From an uncultured Clostridiaceae bacterium (GTDB lineage Bacteria; Bacillota; Clostridia; Saccharofermentanales; UBA5734): DNA of 64,000 nt. The position numbers and the translations under genes are program-made. Under the pieces are notes generated by a model. It did no database searches. It saw only the letters and a list, made by a program, of their open reading frames with translations, and was not told where the DNA came from. Where the stretch lies: NCBI GenBank assembly GCA_942493365.1, contig OW818697.1, forward strand, positions 1,512,668 through 1,576,667. The letters are read 5' to 3'. The first letter of the stretch is position 1. Each line of letters opens with the position of its first letter. Shown here in pieces: positions 49,876 to 59,845 of this stretch.

Positions 49876-51279
49876 TTGTCAGATAATCAAAATAAAACCA
49901 CGATAAACTACGGTGAAACAACAGCAAAACTAAACTGCCGTGTCTATTTGCTCTCGCTGGGTTGCTCAAAAAATCTGGTTGATTCAGAATGCATGAGCAA
50001 AATTATCACCGATGCCGGCGGACAAATCGTGGCAGAACCTGAAGCAGCTGATGTGCTGATCGTCAACACCTGCGGATTCATCGAAAGCGCCAAAACTGAA
50101 GCCATCGGTGCCATACTTGATCTTTCGGAGTATAAGGTACCAAAGGGGCAGGCCAAGCTGCTGATCGTCACCGGTTGCCTGGCCCAGCGCTATGCCGGCG
50201 ATATCTATCTGGACCTACCTGAAGTCGATGCAATCCTGGGCACATCCGAATACGCTCAGATTGCCGCAACCATTGCCCGTCATTTCGGTGAAGTCTTGCC
50301 GGAGCCAGCGCATAAACTGCCGGGCGCGGCCGGCAGTGTCGAACATCTACTGGTCGAACGTGAACCTTCAAATCCAGGCCGCTACGCATACATCAAAATT
50401 GCTGAAGGCTGCTCCAATTGCTGCGCCTATTGCGCGATACCCGGCATCCGCGGCCCATTGCATTCGCGGCCGCTGGCAGAGATCGTTGCTGAAGCCGATC
50501 GACTCAGCCGCGCCGGTCGTGATGAATTGATCCTGATCGCTCAAGATACGACGCGATATGGCATGGATCTGACGGGGACCCGTTTGTTGGTGCCCTTGGT
50601 TAAAGCCATCTGTGAGCTTGAAGCAGTGCGAATGGTCAGGATCCTCTATGTTTATGCGGATGGACTGACGGATGAGTTGATTGAACTGATGCGTCAGGAA
50701 CCCAAAATCACCAAATACCTGGATCTGCCCATTCAGCATGCGTCAGATCGCATCTTGACAGCCATGAATCGCCGCGACACCCAGGCCAGCCTGCGCCGGG
50801 ACATTGCCCGGCTTCGGGCGGCAATCCCGGATCTGGTTCTGCGCACGACCGTCATGGTTGGGTTTCCCGGTGAAAGCGATGCGGATTATATGGAGATGCT
50901 GACGTTTTTACAGGATATCAAATTCGAAAGGCTGGGCTGTTTTATATTTTCGCCAGAAGAAGGCACGCCGGCTTTTGACATGAAGCCGAAAGTCGCGGCG
51001 GCGGTCGCCAAACGTCGGCAAAAAATGATTATGCATCAGCAAAAGCAGATAACCGAAGACGCGAATCGGCGCAGAATTGGCCAGATCATACCGATAACGC
51101 TTGAAAGTATCGATGATCGTGGTATATTCTTTATAGGCCGAAGTTACGGCGAAGCACCGGATGTCGATCCGGTCATCTTCGTAGCCGCGGCAACTGAAGA
51201 ACTGCATCTGGGTCAAACCTGCCAGGTTCAGCTTGTTGACGCAGGTGAATATGACATGACTGGAGTGACTGTGTTTTGA
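49876..51279 (+). CDS. rimO: Ribosomal protein S12 methylthiotransferase
   Basis: SLGCSKNLVDSE, NTCGFI, KIAEGCSNCCAYCAIP, YLDLPIQH, TRAM-like EAPDVD. Confidence 0.96.
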   Translation: MSDNQNKTTINYGETTAKLNCRVYLLSLGCSKNLVDSECMSKIITDAGGQIVAEPEAADVLIVNTCGFIESAKTEAIGAILDLSEYKVPKGQAKLLIVTGCLAQRYAGDIYLDLPEVDAILGTSEYAQIAATIARHFGEVLPEPAHKLPGAAGSVEHLLVEREPSNPGRYAYIKIAEGCSNCCAYCAIPGIRGPLHSRPLAEIVAEADRLSRAGRDELILIAQDTTRYGMDLTGTRLLVPLVKAICELEAVRMVRILYVYADGLTDELIELMRQEPKITKYLDLPIQHASDRILTAMNRRDTQASLRRDIARLRAAIPDLVLRTTVMVGFPGESDADYMEMLTFLQDIKFERLGCFIFSPEEGTPAFDMKPKVAAAVAKRRQKMIMHQQKQITEDANRRRIGQIIPITLESIDDRGIFFIGRSYGEAPDVDPVIFVAAATEELHLGQTCQVQLVDAGEYDMTGVTVF

Positions 51280-51875
51280 ATCTTCCCAACAAACTGACCA
51301 TAACCCGTGCTTTGATGGTGCCGGTAATTCTGATCTTCATGCTGCCGCTGCCCGATTTCGCGTTTTTACAAGGGTGGAATGCTTTCGTCCTGGAATCTGG
51401 CCAGATCGTTGCCTTCTTTTTATTTGCGCTGGCGTCCTACACCGACTACCTGGACGGCAAAATTGCCCGTGATCGTAAGCTGGTGACCAATTTCGGCAAA
51501 TTTCTCGATCCGATCGCCGATAAAGTGCTGGTCGTTTCGGTCCTGATTGCCTATGTGCAATTGGGCAGATTACCGGCCATTGTCCCGATCATTATCATCA
51601 TCCGCGAATTTATCGTGACGGGCGTTCGTCTCATGGCCTCGGAACAAGGCGTCGTTATTGCTGCCAGCAATCTGGGAAAAGCCAAGACGGTCACTCAAAT
51701 CGTCGCCCTTTTGCTTTATTTGGGCGAAGGATTGTTTAAAACCCTTACCAATGGCCTGTTTCCCGGCATTTGGATTACCTGGGTCGGTGACATTGCCATG
51801 TTTGTCTCGGTAATTTTGGCTCTGGTTTCGGGAATAGACTATCTGAAAAAGAACATTTCTTTTCTCAAAGAGTAA
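51276..51875 (+). CDS. pgsA: CDP-diacylglycerol--glycerol-3-phosphate 3-phosphatidyltransferase
   Basis: NLPNKLT, TDYLDGKIAR, FGKFLDPIADK, GKAKT. Confidence 0.97.
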   Translation: MNLPNKLTITRALMVPVILIFMLPLPDFAFLQGWNAFVLESGQIVAFFLFALASYTDYLDGKIARDRKLVTNFGKFLDPIADKVLVVSVLIAYVQLGRLPAIVPIIIIIREFIVTGVRLMASEQGVVIAASNLGKAKTVTQIVALLLYLGEGLFKTLTNGLFPGIWITWVGDIAMFVSVILALVSGIDYLKKNISFLKE

Positions 51876-51893
51876 TTTTCTTTCAGGTACATC

Positions 51894-51922
51894 TTGACAA
51901 TTCATTGATTATCAAATAAAAC
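51894..51922 (+). promoter_or_regulatory. SigA promoter for acpP with palindromic operator TTGAT-T-ATCAA in the spacer
   Basis: TTGACA-N17-TAAAAC; perfect inverted repeat 51905-51915. Confidence 0.7.
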
Positions 51923-51989
51923 TATGATATGTCTTGACCAATAGTCGGTCAGACACGGGAAATTGCCCAATTAACAGGAGGTATAATAC

Positions 51990-52229
51990 ATGTCAACAGA
52001 TAGTATTTTCGAAAGCGTCCAAAACATTCTGGTCGAACAACTCGGTGTAGATGCAGACATCGTCACCATGGAGTCCAATTTCATTGACGACCTCAATGCC
52101 GATTCACTGGATATCGTTGAACTGGTTATGGCCATGGAGCAGGAATTCGGGATTTCAATCCCGGACGAAGAAGCTGAACGGATCAAAACAGTTGGCGATG
52201 CGGTTGATTTCATCAAATCAGCAGTCTGA
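51990..52229 (+). CDS. acpP: Acyl carrier protein
   Basis: [26 protein letters not shown]. Confidence 0.98.
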   Translation: MSTDSIFESVQNILVEQLGVDADIVTMESNFIDDLNADSLDIVELVMAMEQEFGISIPDEEAERIKTVGDAVDFIKSAV

Positions 52230-52232
52230 ACG

Positions 52233-52256
52233 AAAAGCCCCGCAAGGGGCTTTTTT
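52233..52256 (+). terminator. Intrinsic terminator between acpP and rnc
   Basis: AAAAGCCCC-GCAA-GGGGCTTTTTT. Confidence 0.9.
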
Positions 52257-52275
52257 CCGCCACGGAGGATCGGCC

Positions 52276-52959
52276 ATGCGTCAGTTGGAAAAAGCGCTCG
52301 GACATGCATTCAAAAACAAGCGTCTTTTACAGGAAGCATTGACGCATTCAACCTATGCCTATGAGCATCGCGAGGAGGCTCCGGCCAGCAATGAACGGTT
52401 GGAGTTTCTCGGCGACGCGGTCCTCGACCTGGCTGTCAGCGATGCCCTGTTCCGGTTGATCGAGCCGCTGGCCGAAGGGGCCATGACCAAAACCCGTGCC
52501 CTGGTCGTATGCGAGAACAGTCTGGCGATGCTGGCCAGACGTTTGGAAGTCGGCAAACTGCTGTTCTTGGGTCGGGGCGAAGCGGCTACCGGCGGCAGCG
52601 ACAAAGCGTCGAATTTGTCCAATGCCATGGAGGCCTTGTTTGGTGCCGTCTATCTGGATGCCGGTTTTGACAAAGCGCGCGCGGTTATTCTGACGCTATT
52701 TGACCAATCGATTCGCGAAGCGTTGGCCGGGGCAATCGTTTATGATTACAAAAGTCAGTTGCTGGAATATTATCAGTCTCTGCCCGCCGGCGGTCAGTTG
52801 AAATTTCAAATTGTCGAAGAGAGCGGACCGGACCACGAACGGGTCTTCACGGCCGCCATTCTGATCGACGATCAGATCATCAGTCAGGGCAGCGGCAGCA
52901 CCAAAAAAGAGGCCGAGCAGCAAGCTGCTCGATCGGCGCTAAAAACTTTCATGGTTTGA
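52276..52959 (+). CDS. rnc: Ribonuclease III
   Basis: ALTHST, NERLEFLGDAVL, EALFGAVYLD, dsRBD DYKSQL; ATG 52276 after GGAGG. Confidence 0.98.
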   Translation: MRQLEKALGHAFKNKRLLQEALTHSTYAYEHREEAPASNERLEFLGDAVLDLAVSDALFRLIEPLAEGAMTKTRALVVCENSLAMLARRLEVGKLLFLGRGEAATGGSDKASNLSNAMEALFGAVYLDAGFDKARAVILTLFDQSIREALAGAIVYDYKSQLLEYYQSLPAGGQLKFQIVEESGPDHERVFTAAILIDDQIISQGSGSTKKEAEQQAARSALKTFMV

Positions 52960-53042
52960 CAAGCAAGCCCTATGATATAATATCACTCAGACTCGGAACA
53001 CATTTGGTTCGGGTCTGAGATTTTATTACCGGGGGATTTTTC

Positions 53043-56000
53043 ATGCATCTTAAAGCTCTGGAAATCCAAGGCTTCAAATCATTTCCAGAAAAAACCGTCA
53101 TCGAATTTCACAAAGGCGTGACGGCGATTATCGGACCAAACGGCAGTGGAAAATCCAATGTCACCGACGCCATTCGCTGGGTTCTTGGCGAGCAGAGCGT
53201 CAAAACTTTGCGCGGCTCGAAAATGGAAGACGTCATTTTCACCGGCACGCAGTCACGCCGGCCGATGAGTTATGCTGAAGTGACCATGGTCATCGACAAC
53301 AGTGACAACAAGTTGCCGGTGGAGTACACCGAAATCCAAGTCACCCGTCGTTTGTATCGCTCGGGCGAAAGTGAATACCTGCTCAACAAGACAGTTTGCC
53401 GTTTGCGCGATGTGGCCATGCTGTTCATGGACACCGGACTGGGTCGCGACGGCTATTCAATCGTCGGTCAAGGACGGGTTGATGACATCCTCAGCCATCG
53501 CTCCGAGGATCGGCGCAAGATTTTCGAAGAAGCGTCGGGTATCGTCAAGTTCAAAACGCGTAAAGAGGAAGCTGAGCGCAAACTGCAGAGCACCGAGCAG
53601 AATTTGCTGCGCATCAACGATATCATCGGCGAGCTGGAAACCCGCCTCGAACCGCTGTCCGAACAGGCCGCGGCGGCCAAACAATACCTTTTGCTGCACG
53701 ATGAACTCAAGGGACTGGACATTGCCCTGATCTTGGACAACGTCGAACAACATCAGCAAAACCTGACCCAGGCTCGCCTGGAGATGCAGCTGCTGCAAGA
53801 AGATCTGGGCCGCGAAGCCGACGCGTTGTTGGGGATCAAAGAAAAAAACCGCCAAACCAGTGAGCGCGTGCATCAACTGGACGAACAAATCGAGGCCAAG
53901 CAGCGCGATTTCAACCAGATCAGCGCCGAAATCAGCGAGCTGAACAGTCAAATTTCACAGGGTGACGAACGCATTCGCCAGCTTAATCTGCGCTTGGAAT
54001 CTTCATCCAGCGAAGAACAGGCGCTGATCCGAAGTTTGGGCGATCTGGAACAGGAATTGACCAGTCGCAAAAAGAAGGAAGAGACCCTGCGCAAACAACT
54101 GGACGCCTATCGCAACCAGATGGCCGATGCCGATGCCGAAATGCAGTCGATTCTGAAAACACTGGACGCTGCCGAAAAAGAGGCTGAACAACTGAAAGTC
54201 CGTCAGGATTTTCTGGTCGAAACCCTTTATGAGGAACGCAGTCGACTGACCCAAACGCAAGGGCAGACCGCCCTGGTTGAGAGCCGCCGCAAAACCATCA
54301 CCAGCGACCGCCGCGATTTGACCAGCGACCGTGACCGGCTCAATTTGCAAACCGAAGAAACCGAAACGCTGCTCGGCCAGATTCGGCGCGACGCGGCCAA
54401 GTTTGAAGCAGCAAAGCAGGCGGCCCAGCAGGCGATGGAAACCTCCCGCACAGCCTGCGATTCGCTGTCGAAAAAAATTGAAGAAGACAAACAACAGCTA
54501 CACAACTGGGAATATCGTCATCGCACCCTGACCGAGCTGGAAAAAAGCCATGAAGGTTATGGCGAGGCGGTTCGCCGCCTGCTCAAGCAAACCGAGACCG
54601 ATGCCGCCTTCGGGCAGGGCATCCGCGGCACCTTGGGCAGTTTGATCCAGGTCGACAAATCCTACGAGCTGGCCATCGAAATCGCGCTCGGGCCGGCCAT
54701 CCAGAATATCGTTACTGACAACGAGGCGACCGCCTCCCGTTTGATTGATTACCTCAAGGTCAATCGAGCCGGCCGGGCGACCTTCCTGCCGATCGCCTCG
54801 ATCAACGGGCGTTCGCTGGAGCCGGCGGTTGCCAACAAACTGTCCGCCATGAAGGGCTACATCGGACCGGCCAGTGAACTGGTTAAGTATGATCGGGAAA
54901 TCGGCGGTATCATCGACTTCCTGCTCGGCCGGGTGGTCATCGCCGAAACGCTGGATCTGGCGGTCGACATGGCGCGCAAAACCAATTATGCCTGCCGGAT
55001 TGTGTCGCTGGACGGCGATGTCATCAATCCCGGCGGCTCGATGACTGGTGGTTTCAATCGAACCAACGGCACTGGCGTGCTGGGCCGCGCCCGCGAAATC
55101 GTCGAATTGCAGCAACAGATTGAGCTGCTCCAGGCCAAACTGCCCGAGCAGATCGCGGCCCTGCCCGAACTGGAAACAACACTCAAAGACCAGGCGCGGC
55201 AATTAGCCGTCGTAGACAAACAGTTGGTGGACAATTCGCATCTCTTGGTTCGCGAAGAAGCCCGTATGGCGGCCATTCGCCAGGAAACCGAAAAGACCCA
55301 GGCCCGTTTCCAGCTGCTACTGGCCGAAGATGAACAACTGCAAAAGCAGAATTCGGAAATTGATTCGGAGATCACCCGCATCGCCCTGGAAATCAGTCGC
55401 ATGGAGCAGGAAGTTACCCAGATCCGGCAGACGATCAGCGATCAGGCAGGTGCCAACCGTTCGGAGCAGGAACGACGCGACGACCTGCGTGAAACCATCA
55501 CCGAATTGCGCTTGTCGTTACAGTCGATCGAAGAATCGCTCCAGTCGGCCAGTGAAATGGCCAACCGCATCGAGCAGGAAAAACTGAGTCAGACCCAGCG
55601 TCTGCAGCGCCATCGCCACGAACAGACCAGCAGCGAGGCTGAAATCAGCAAGACCCAGGCGGAGATGGCGACGGTTCAGCAGAAAATATTCGAAAGACAA
55701 ACCGCCGGCACGGCCTGCTCCGATGAAGCCGGTCGCTTGAATAACGAAAAGGCCAAGTTCGAAAGAGAACAGGCATCGTTTTTTGAGTTGTTGGAAGAAT
55801 CTTCCGGTAAAACTGCCGCGCTGCAAGGTGAGATCGGCCGCTGCGAAGCTAAGACCAGCCGCTTTGAAGGGCTGATCGATGATAACAAAAACCGACTTTG
55901 GGAAGAATACGAGCTGACCGCCGACCAGGCGATCACCTGGCGTCGGCCCCTGACCAGCCGCAACGAGGGCACGCGCCGTGTCAACCAGTTGAAAAACGAG

Positions 56001-56606
56001 ATGAAGCTGCTGGGACCGGTCAATCTGGCAGCCATCGAGGAAAGCAAAACTGTGCAGGAACGATATACCTTCATGGCCGGGCAACGCGACGACATCGAAT
56101 CTTCACGGCACAAACTGACCGCGGTCATCGAAGAATTGACCGAAGCCATGAAACAGCAGTTTGTCGACCATTTCCGCCTGATCAATGAAAACTTCAAAGT
56201 TGTTTTCTCCGAATTGTTCGGCGGCGGTATGGCCGAGCTCAATCTGGAAGACGACAAAAACGTGCTGGAATGCGGCATTGAAATCAAGGCGCAGCCGCCG
56301 GGCAAAAAGCTCCAGAATCTGATGCTCCTGTCGGGCGGCGAACGTTGCCTGACGGCCATTGCCCTGCTGTTTGCCATCCTCAAGTTGCGGCCGACGCCCT
56401 TCTGCGTGCTGGACGAAGTCGAGGCGGCCTTGGACGACGCCAACGTCAGCCGTTTCACCGAGTACATCCGGCGTTATGCCGAGGACGCGCAGTTCATTTT
56501 GGTCACCCACCGCAAGGGCACCATGGAGGCCGCTGACCGTCTGTATGGAGTCACCATGCAGGAACGCGGCATTTCCAAAATTCTCTCCATGCAGCTCGGC
56601 GATTAG
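53043..56606 (+). CDS. smc: Chromosome segregation protein SMC
   Basis: GFKSF, GPNGSGKSN, hinge, LSGGE, LDEVEAALD. Confidence 0.99.
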   Translation: MHLKALEIQGFKSFPEKTVIEFHKGVTAIIGPNGSGKSNVTDAIRWVLGEQSVKTLRGSKMEDVIFTGTQSRRPMSYAEVTMVIDNSDNKLPVEYTEIQVTRRLYRSGESEYLLNKTVCRLRDVAMLFMDTGLGRDGYSIVGQGRVDDILSHRSEDRRKIFEEASGIVKFKTRKEEAERKLQSTEQNLLRINDIIGELETRLEPLSEQAAAAKQYLLLHDELKGLDIALILDNVEQHQQNLTQARLEMQLLQEDLGREADALLGIKEKNRQTSERVHQLDEQIEAKQRDFNQISAEISELNSQISQGDERIRQLNLRLESSSSEEQALIRSLGDLEQELTSRKKKEETLRKQLDAYRNQMADADAEMQSILKTLDAAEKEAEQLKVRQDFLVETLYEERSRLTQTQGQTALVESRRKTITSDRRDLTSDRDRLNLQTEETETLLGQIRRDAAKFEAAKQAAQQAMETSRTACDSLSKKIEEDKQQLHNWEYRHRTLTELEKSHEGYGEAVRRLLKQTETDAAFGQGIRGTLGSLIQVDKSYELAIEIALGPAIQNIVTDNEATASRLIDYLKVNRAGRATFLPIASINGRSLEPAVANKLSAMKGYIGPASELVKYDREIGGIIDFLLGRVVIAETLDLAVDMARKTNYACRIVSLDGDVINPGGSMTGGFNRTNGTGVLGRAREIVELQQQIELLQAKLPEQIAALPELETTLKDQARQLAVVDKQLVDNSHLLVREEARMAAIRQETEKTQARFQLLLAEDEQLQKQNSEIDSEITRIALEISRMEQEVTQIRQTISDQAGANRSEQERRDDLRETITELRLSLQSIEESLQSASEMANRIEQEKLSQTQRLQRHRHEQTSSEAEISKTQAEMATVQQKIFERQTAGTACSDEAGRLNNEKAKFEREQASFFELLEESSGKTAALQGEIGRCEAKTSRFEGLIDDNKNRLWEEYELTADQAITWRRPLTSRNEGTRRVNQLKNEMKLLGPVNLAAIEESKTVQERYTFMAGQRDDIESSRHKLTAVIEELTEAMKQQFVDHFRLINENFKVVFSELFGGGMAELNLEDDKNVLECGIEIKAQPPGKKLQNLMLLSGGERCLTAIALLFAILKLRPTPFCVLDEVEAALDDANVSRFTEYIRRYAEDAQFILVTHRKGTMEAADRLYGVTMQERGISKILSMQLGD

Positions 56607-56621
56607 ACATTGAGGTAATCC

Positions 56622-57539
56622 GTGATGGGACTTTTCGATTCATTTAAAAATGGCCTGAAAAAAACCCGCGACTTTGTTGCGGAAGGCTTCAACAAGATCG
56701 CCGCGTCGATGGGCATTTTCAACGAAGACATGCTGGATGAGCTCGAGTCGTTGCTGGTTCAGGCCGATTGCGGCGCTGCGGCGTCGGGGAAAATGATGGA
56801 TCAGGTCCGCGCGGATATCAAGGCCAGCGGCGACGCGTCGCGCGCGGCGGTTCTTCATTCACTCGAAACCACCATGCTCGACATTTTGGGTCAGCCTGGC
56901 CAACTGGTCATTCAACCCGGCAAACTCAACATTCTTCTGATGGTCGGTGTCAACGGCACCGGCAAGACGACGACAGCCGGCAAACTCTGCGCCCGCTACC
57001 GCGCCGACGGACTGAAGGTCATCTTGGGCGCCGCTGACACCTTCCGCGCGGCGGCCATTGAGCAACTGACGCACTGGGGCGAAAAGACGAAATCGACCGT
57101 CATCGCTCATCAGGAAGGCTCGGATCCGGCGGCGGTCGTTTTTGACGCCATCCATGCGGCGCAGGCCCGCAAGGCCGATGTCCTGATCCTGGACACCGCC
57201 GGTCGCCTGCACAACAAGCAGAACCTGATGGACGAGCTGGGCAAAATTCGCCGCATTATCCAGCGTGAAGCCGCGGATGCGATTTGTGAGACGTTGCTTG
57301 TCATCGATGCCACCACCGGTCAGAATGCTGTCAACCAGGCCCGCGTTTTCCGCGAAGTCTCCGAAGTCACCGGTCTGGTCATCACCAAACTTGACGGCAA
57401 TGCCAAGGGTGGCGTCGCGGTGGCCGTTTCGCACGAAACCGGTGTGCCGATTATGCTGGCCGGCCTGGGTGAAAAACTCGAAGACTTGATCGATTTTGAC
57501 CCGCTTTCGTTTGTTCATTCCTTGCTGCCAGAAAATTAG
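56622..57539 (+). CDS. ftsY: Signal recognition particle receptor FtsY
   Basis: GVNGTGKTTT, DTFRAAA, DTAGRL, TKLDGNAKGG. Confidence 0.98.
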   Translation: MMGLFDSFKNGLKKTRDFVAEGFNKIAASMGIFNEDMLDELESLLVQADCGAAASGKMMDQVRADIKASGDASRAAVLHSLETTMLDILGQPGQLVIQPGKLNILLMVGVNGTGKTTTAGKLCARYRADGLKVILGAADTFRAAAIEQLTHWGEKTKSTVIAHQEGSDPAAVVFDAIHAAQARKADVLILDTAGRLHNKQNLMDELGKIRRIIQREAADAICETLLVIDATTGQNAVNQARVFREVSEVTGLVITKLDGNAKGGVAVAVSHETGVPIMLAGLGEKLEDLIDFDPLSFVHSLLPEN

Positions 57540-57558
57540 CCGTGTAAAGTAAAACTAC

Positions 57559-57587
57559 TTGACAGTATGACGCTATTCGAGTAAAAT
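57559..57587 (+). promoter_or_regulatory. SigA promoter for ylxM-ffh
   Basis: TTGACA-N17-TAAAAT. Confidence 0.85.
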
Positions 57588-57593
57588 CATGGC

Positions 57594-57938
57594 ATGCGTG
57601 AGAACGATTTCAACAACCTATCGCGAACAGATATCAGTTTGCTGCTGGATTTTTACGGCCAGCTGCTGACCAGTCACACCCGCGACGTGTTGGATCTGCA
57701 TTTTGGCGAAGACATGACCCTGTCCGAAATCGCCGCCCATCTGGGTATCACGCGCCAGGCCGTGCACGACCGCATCCGTCAGGGTGTCGGTAGTTTATCG
57801 GATTATGAAAACAAACTGGGACTGATCGAACGGTTCCGGGTGCAAAAAGAATGTATAGGTCAAGCCATTCAATCGATCGAAAACGGGGCGGCGCAGGATG
57901 CCCGCGAAACATTGGTCCGATTGACCGGTTTGCTGTAG
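57594..57938 (+). CDS. ylxM: YlxM family DNA-binding protein
   Basis: LLDFYGQLLT, EDMTLSEIA, ITRQAVHD; upstream of ffh. Confidence 0.93.
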   Translation: MRENDFNNLSRTDISLLLDFYGQLLTSHTRDVLDLHFGEDMTLSEIAAHLGITRQAVHDRIRQGVGSLSDYENKLGLIERFRVQKECIGQAIQSIENGAAQDARETLVRLTGLL

Positions 57939-57950
57939 TGGAGGAACTTC

Positions 57951-59299
57951 ATGGCTGTTTTTGATGGACTTTCCGGCAAACTTTCCGCTATCGTCGGCAA
58001 AATGCGCGGGAGAGCTCGGGTCACCGAACAGGATATCAAAGACATGATGCGGGAGATCCGTCTGGCCCTGCTGGAAGCCGATGTCAATTTCCAGGTGGTC
58101 AAAGAGTTTGTCGACGAAATCTCCGAACAATGCAACGGCAGTGTCATTCTCGAGAGCCTCACTCCAGGACAGCAGATCATCAAGATCGTCCACGACGCCC
58201 TGACCGAGATGCTGGGGAAAACGACCAGGAAGATCACGGTCTCTCCGTCCGGATTCACAATGATCCTTCTTTGCGGACTGCAGGGTGCCGGCAAGACAAC
58301 CATGGCGGCAAAGCTCGGGCTGCATCTGAAGAACAAAGGGAAAAAGCCAATGGTCGCATCGGTCGACGTACATCGTCCCGCAGCGGCCAGACAGCTGGAG
58401 ATATTGGCGAAACAGGCAGGGATCCAGAGCTTCATCCTGCCGGAAGAACCGGATGCAGTCGTCATCGCGCACAAGGCGGTCGACCGGGCGCGGTATATGC
58501 TTTGCGACACCCTGAGCGTGGATACGGCCGGGCGGGCCACCGTGGACCGCGCGCTGATGCAGGAGCTGAAGGAAGTTTCCAGGGCGATCAACCCTGCGGA
58601 GAAACTTCTGGTGGTGGATGCGATGATCGGACAGGAAGCGGTCAATGTTGCGATCGCCTTCAACGAAGCCATCGGCATCGATGGATTCATCATGACGAAA
58701 CTCGACGGTGACGCCAGAGGCGGTGCCGCGCTTTCGATCTACAAGATGACGAACAAGCCGATCAAGATGGTGGGTGTCGGGGAGAAGATCCAGGATATCG
58801 AGGAATTCCATCCGGACCGCATGTCTTCCAGAATCCTGGGCATGGGCGATGTCCTGTCGCTGATCGAGAAATCCACGGCGCAATACGACGCAGACAAAGC
58901 CAAAGAGACCTACGCAAAGATCAAGAAGAACCAGTTCACACTGGATGACATGCTTTCGCAGTTCGTCGAGGTCCAGAAGATGGGCCCTATCGAGAACCTC
59001 CTTGGGATGGTACCCGGGATGGACAAGAAGGCGATGGCCAATACGAAGATGGATGACAAGGCAGATCCGACCGCAGCATGGCGATCATCCGCTCGATGAC
59101 AAAAAAAGAGCGCCGCAATCACAACCTGCTCAACGCCAATCGACGCAAGCGCATCGCGGCCGGCTCGGGGACGACCGTGCAGGATGTCAACCGGCTTATG
59201 AATCAATTCGAACAGACACAGACAATGATGAAGCGTTTCAGTGGAATGTCCAAAGGCAAAATGGGCGGATTCGGCGGAAAAGCAGGATTCCCCTTCTAA
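57951..59299 (+). CDS. ffh: Signal recognition particle protein Ffh; frameshift near 59060-59070 (probable sequence error)
   Basis: LLEADV, GLQGAGKTT, DTAGR, TKLDGDARGG, RILGMGD in frame 1; AIIRSMTKKER, RRKRIAAGSG continue in another frame to 59299. Confidence 0.95.
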
Positions 59300-59341
59300 C
59301 TTTTTGATATATAAAATTAAAATATTTTGGAGGAAAGAAAC

Positions 59342-59587
59342 ATGGCAGTTAAAATCAGATTAAAGAGAATCGGTGCAAAAAAGGCTCCTTTCTACCGAGT
59401 CGTCGTAGCGGATTCACGATATCCCAGCGACGGAAGCTTCATCGAAGAAATTGGCACCTACAATCCGCTGACCGATCCGGCCGAAGTTAAAATCGACGGT
59501 GAAGCCGCGAAAAAGTGGATGTCCAACGGCGCTCAGCCGACCGACACCGTTCGCGCGCTGCTGAAGAAATCCGGTATCATTTCGTGA
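59342..59587 (+). CDS. rpsP: 30S ribosomal protein S16
   Basis: [34 protein letters not shown]. Confidence 0.98.
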   Translation: MAVKIRLKRIGAKKAPFYRVVVADSRYPSDGSFIEEIGTYNPLTDPAEVKIDGEAAKKWMSNGAQPTDTVRALLKKSGIIS

Positions 59588-59604
59588 GTCGGGAGGACAC
59601 GGGT

Positions 59605-59832
59605 ATGAAAGATCTGCTCATGACGGTAGTTAAACCGCTGGTCAGTGATCCCTCTGCTGTTGTCATTAACCAGCTCGATCAGGGCCATACGGTTGTCCTC
59701 GAACTCAAGGTCGCCCCGGAAGACATGGGCAAGGTCATTGGCAAACAAGGCCGCCGCGCTCAGGCCATCCGCGCCATCGTCAAAGCCCGGGCGACCCGTC
59801 TGGGCAAACGCGTCATCGTTGACATTGGTTGA
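59605..59832 (+). CDS. khpA: KH domain RNA-binding protein KhpA (YlqC)
   Basis: DMGKVIGKQGR GxxG loop; between rpsP and rimM. Confidence 0.93.
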   Translation: MKDLLMTVVKPLVSDPSAVVINQLDQGHTVVLELKVAPEDMGKVIGKQGRRAQAIRAIVKARATRLGKRVIVDIG

Positions 59833-59845
59833 TCGGCGAGAAGTC

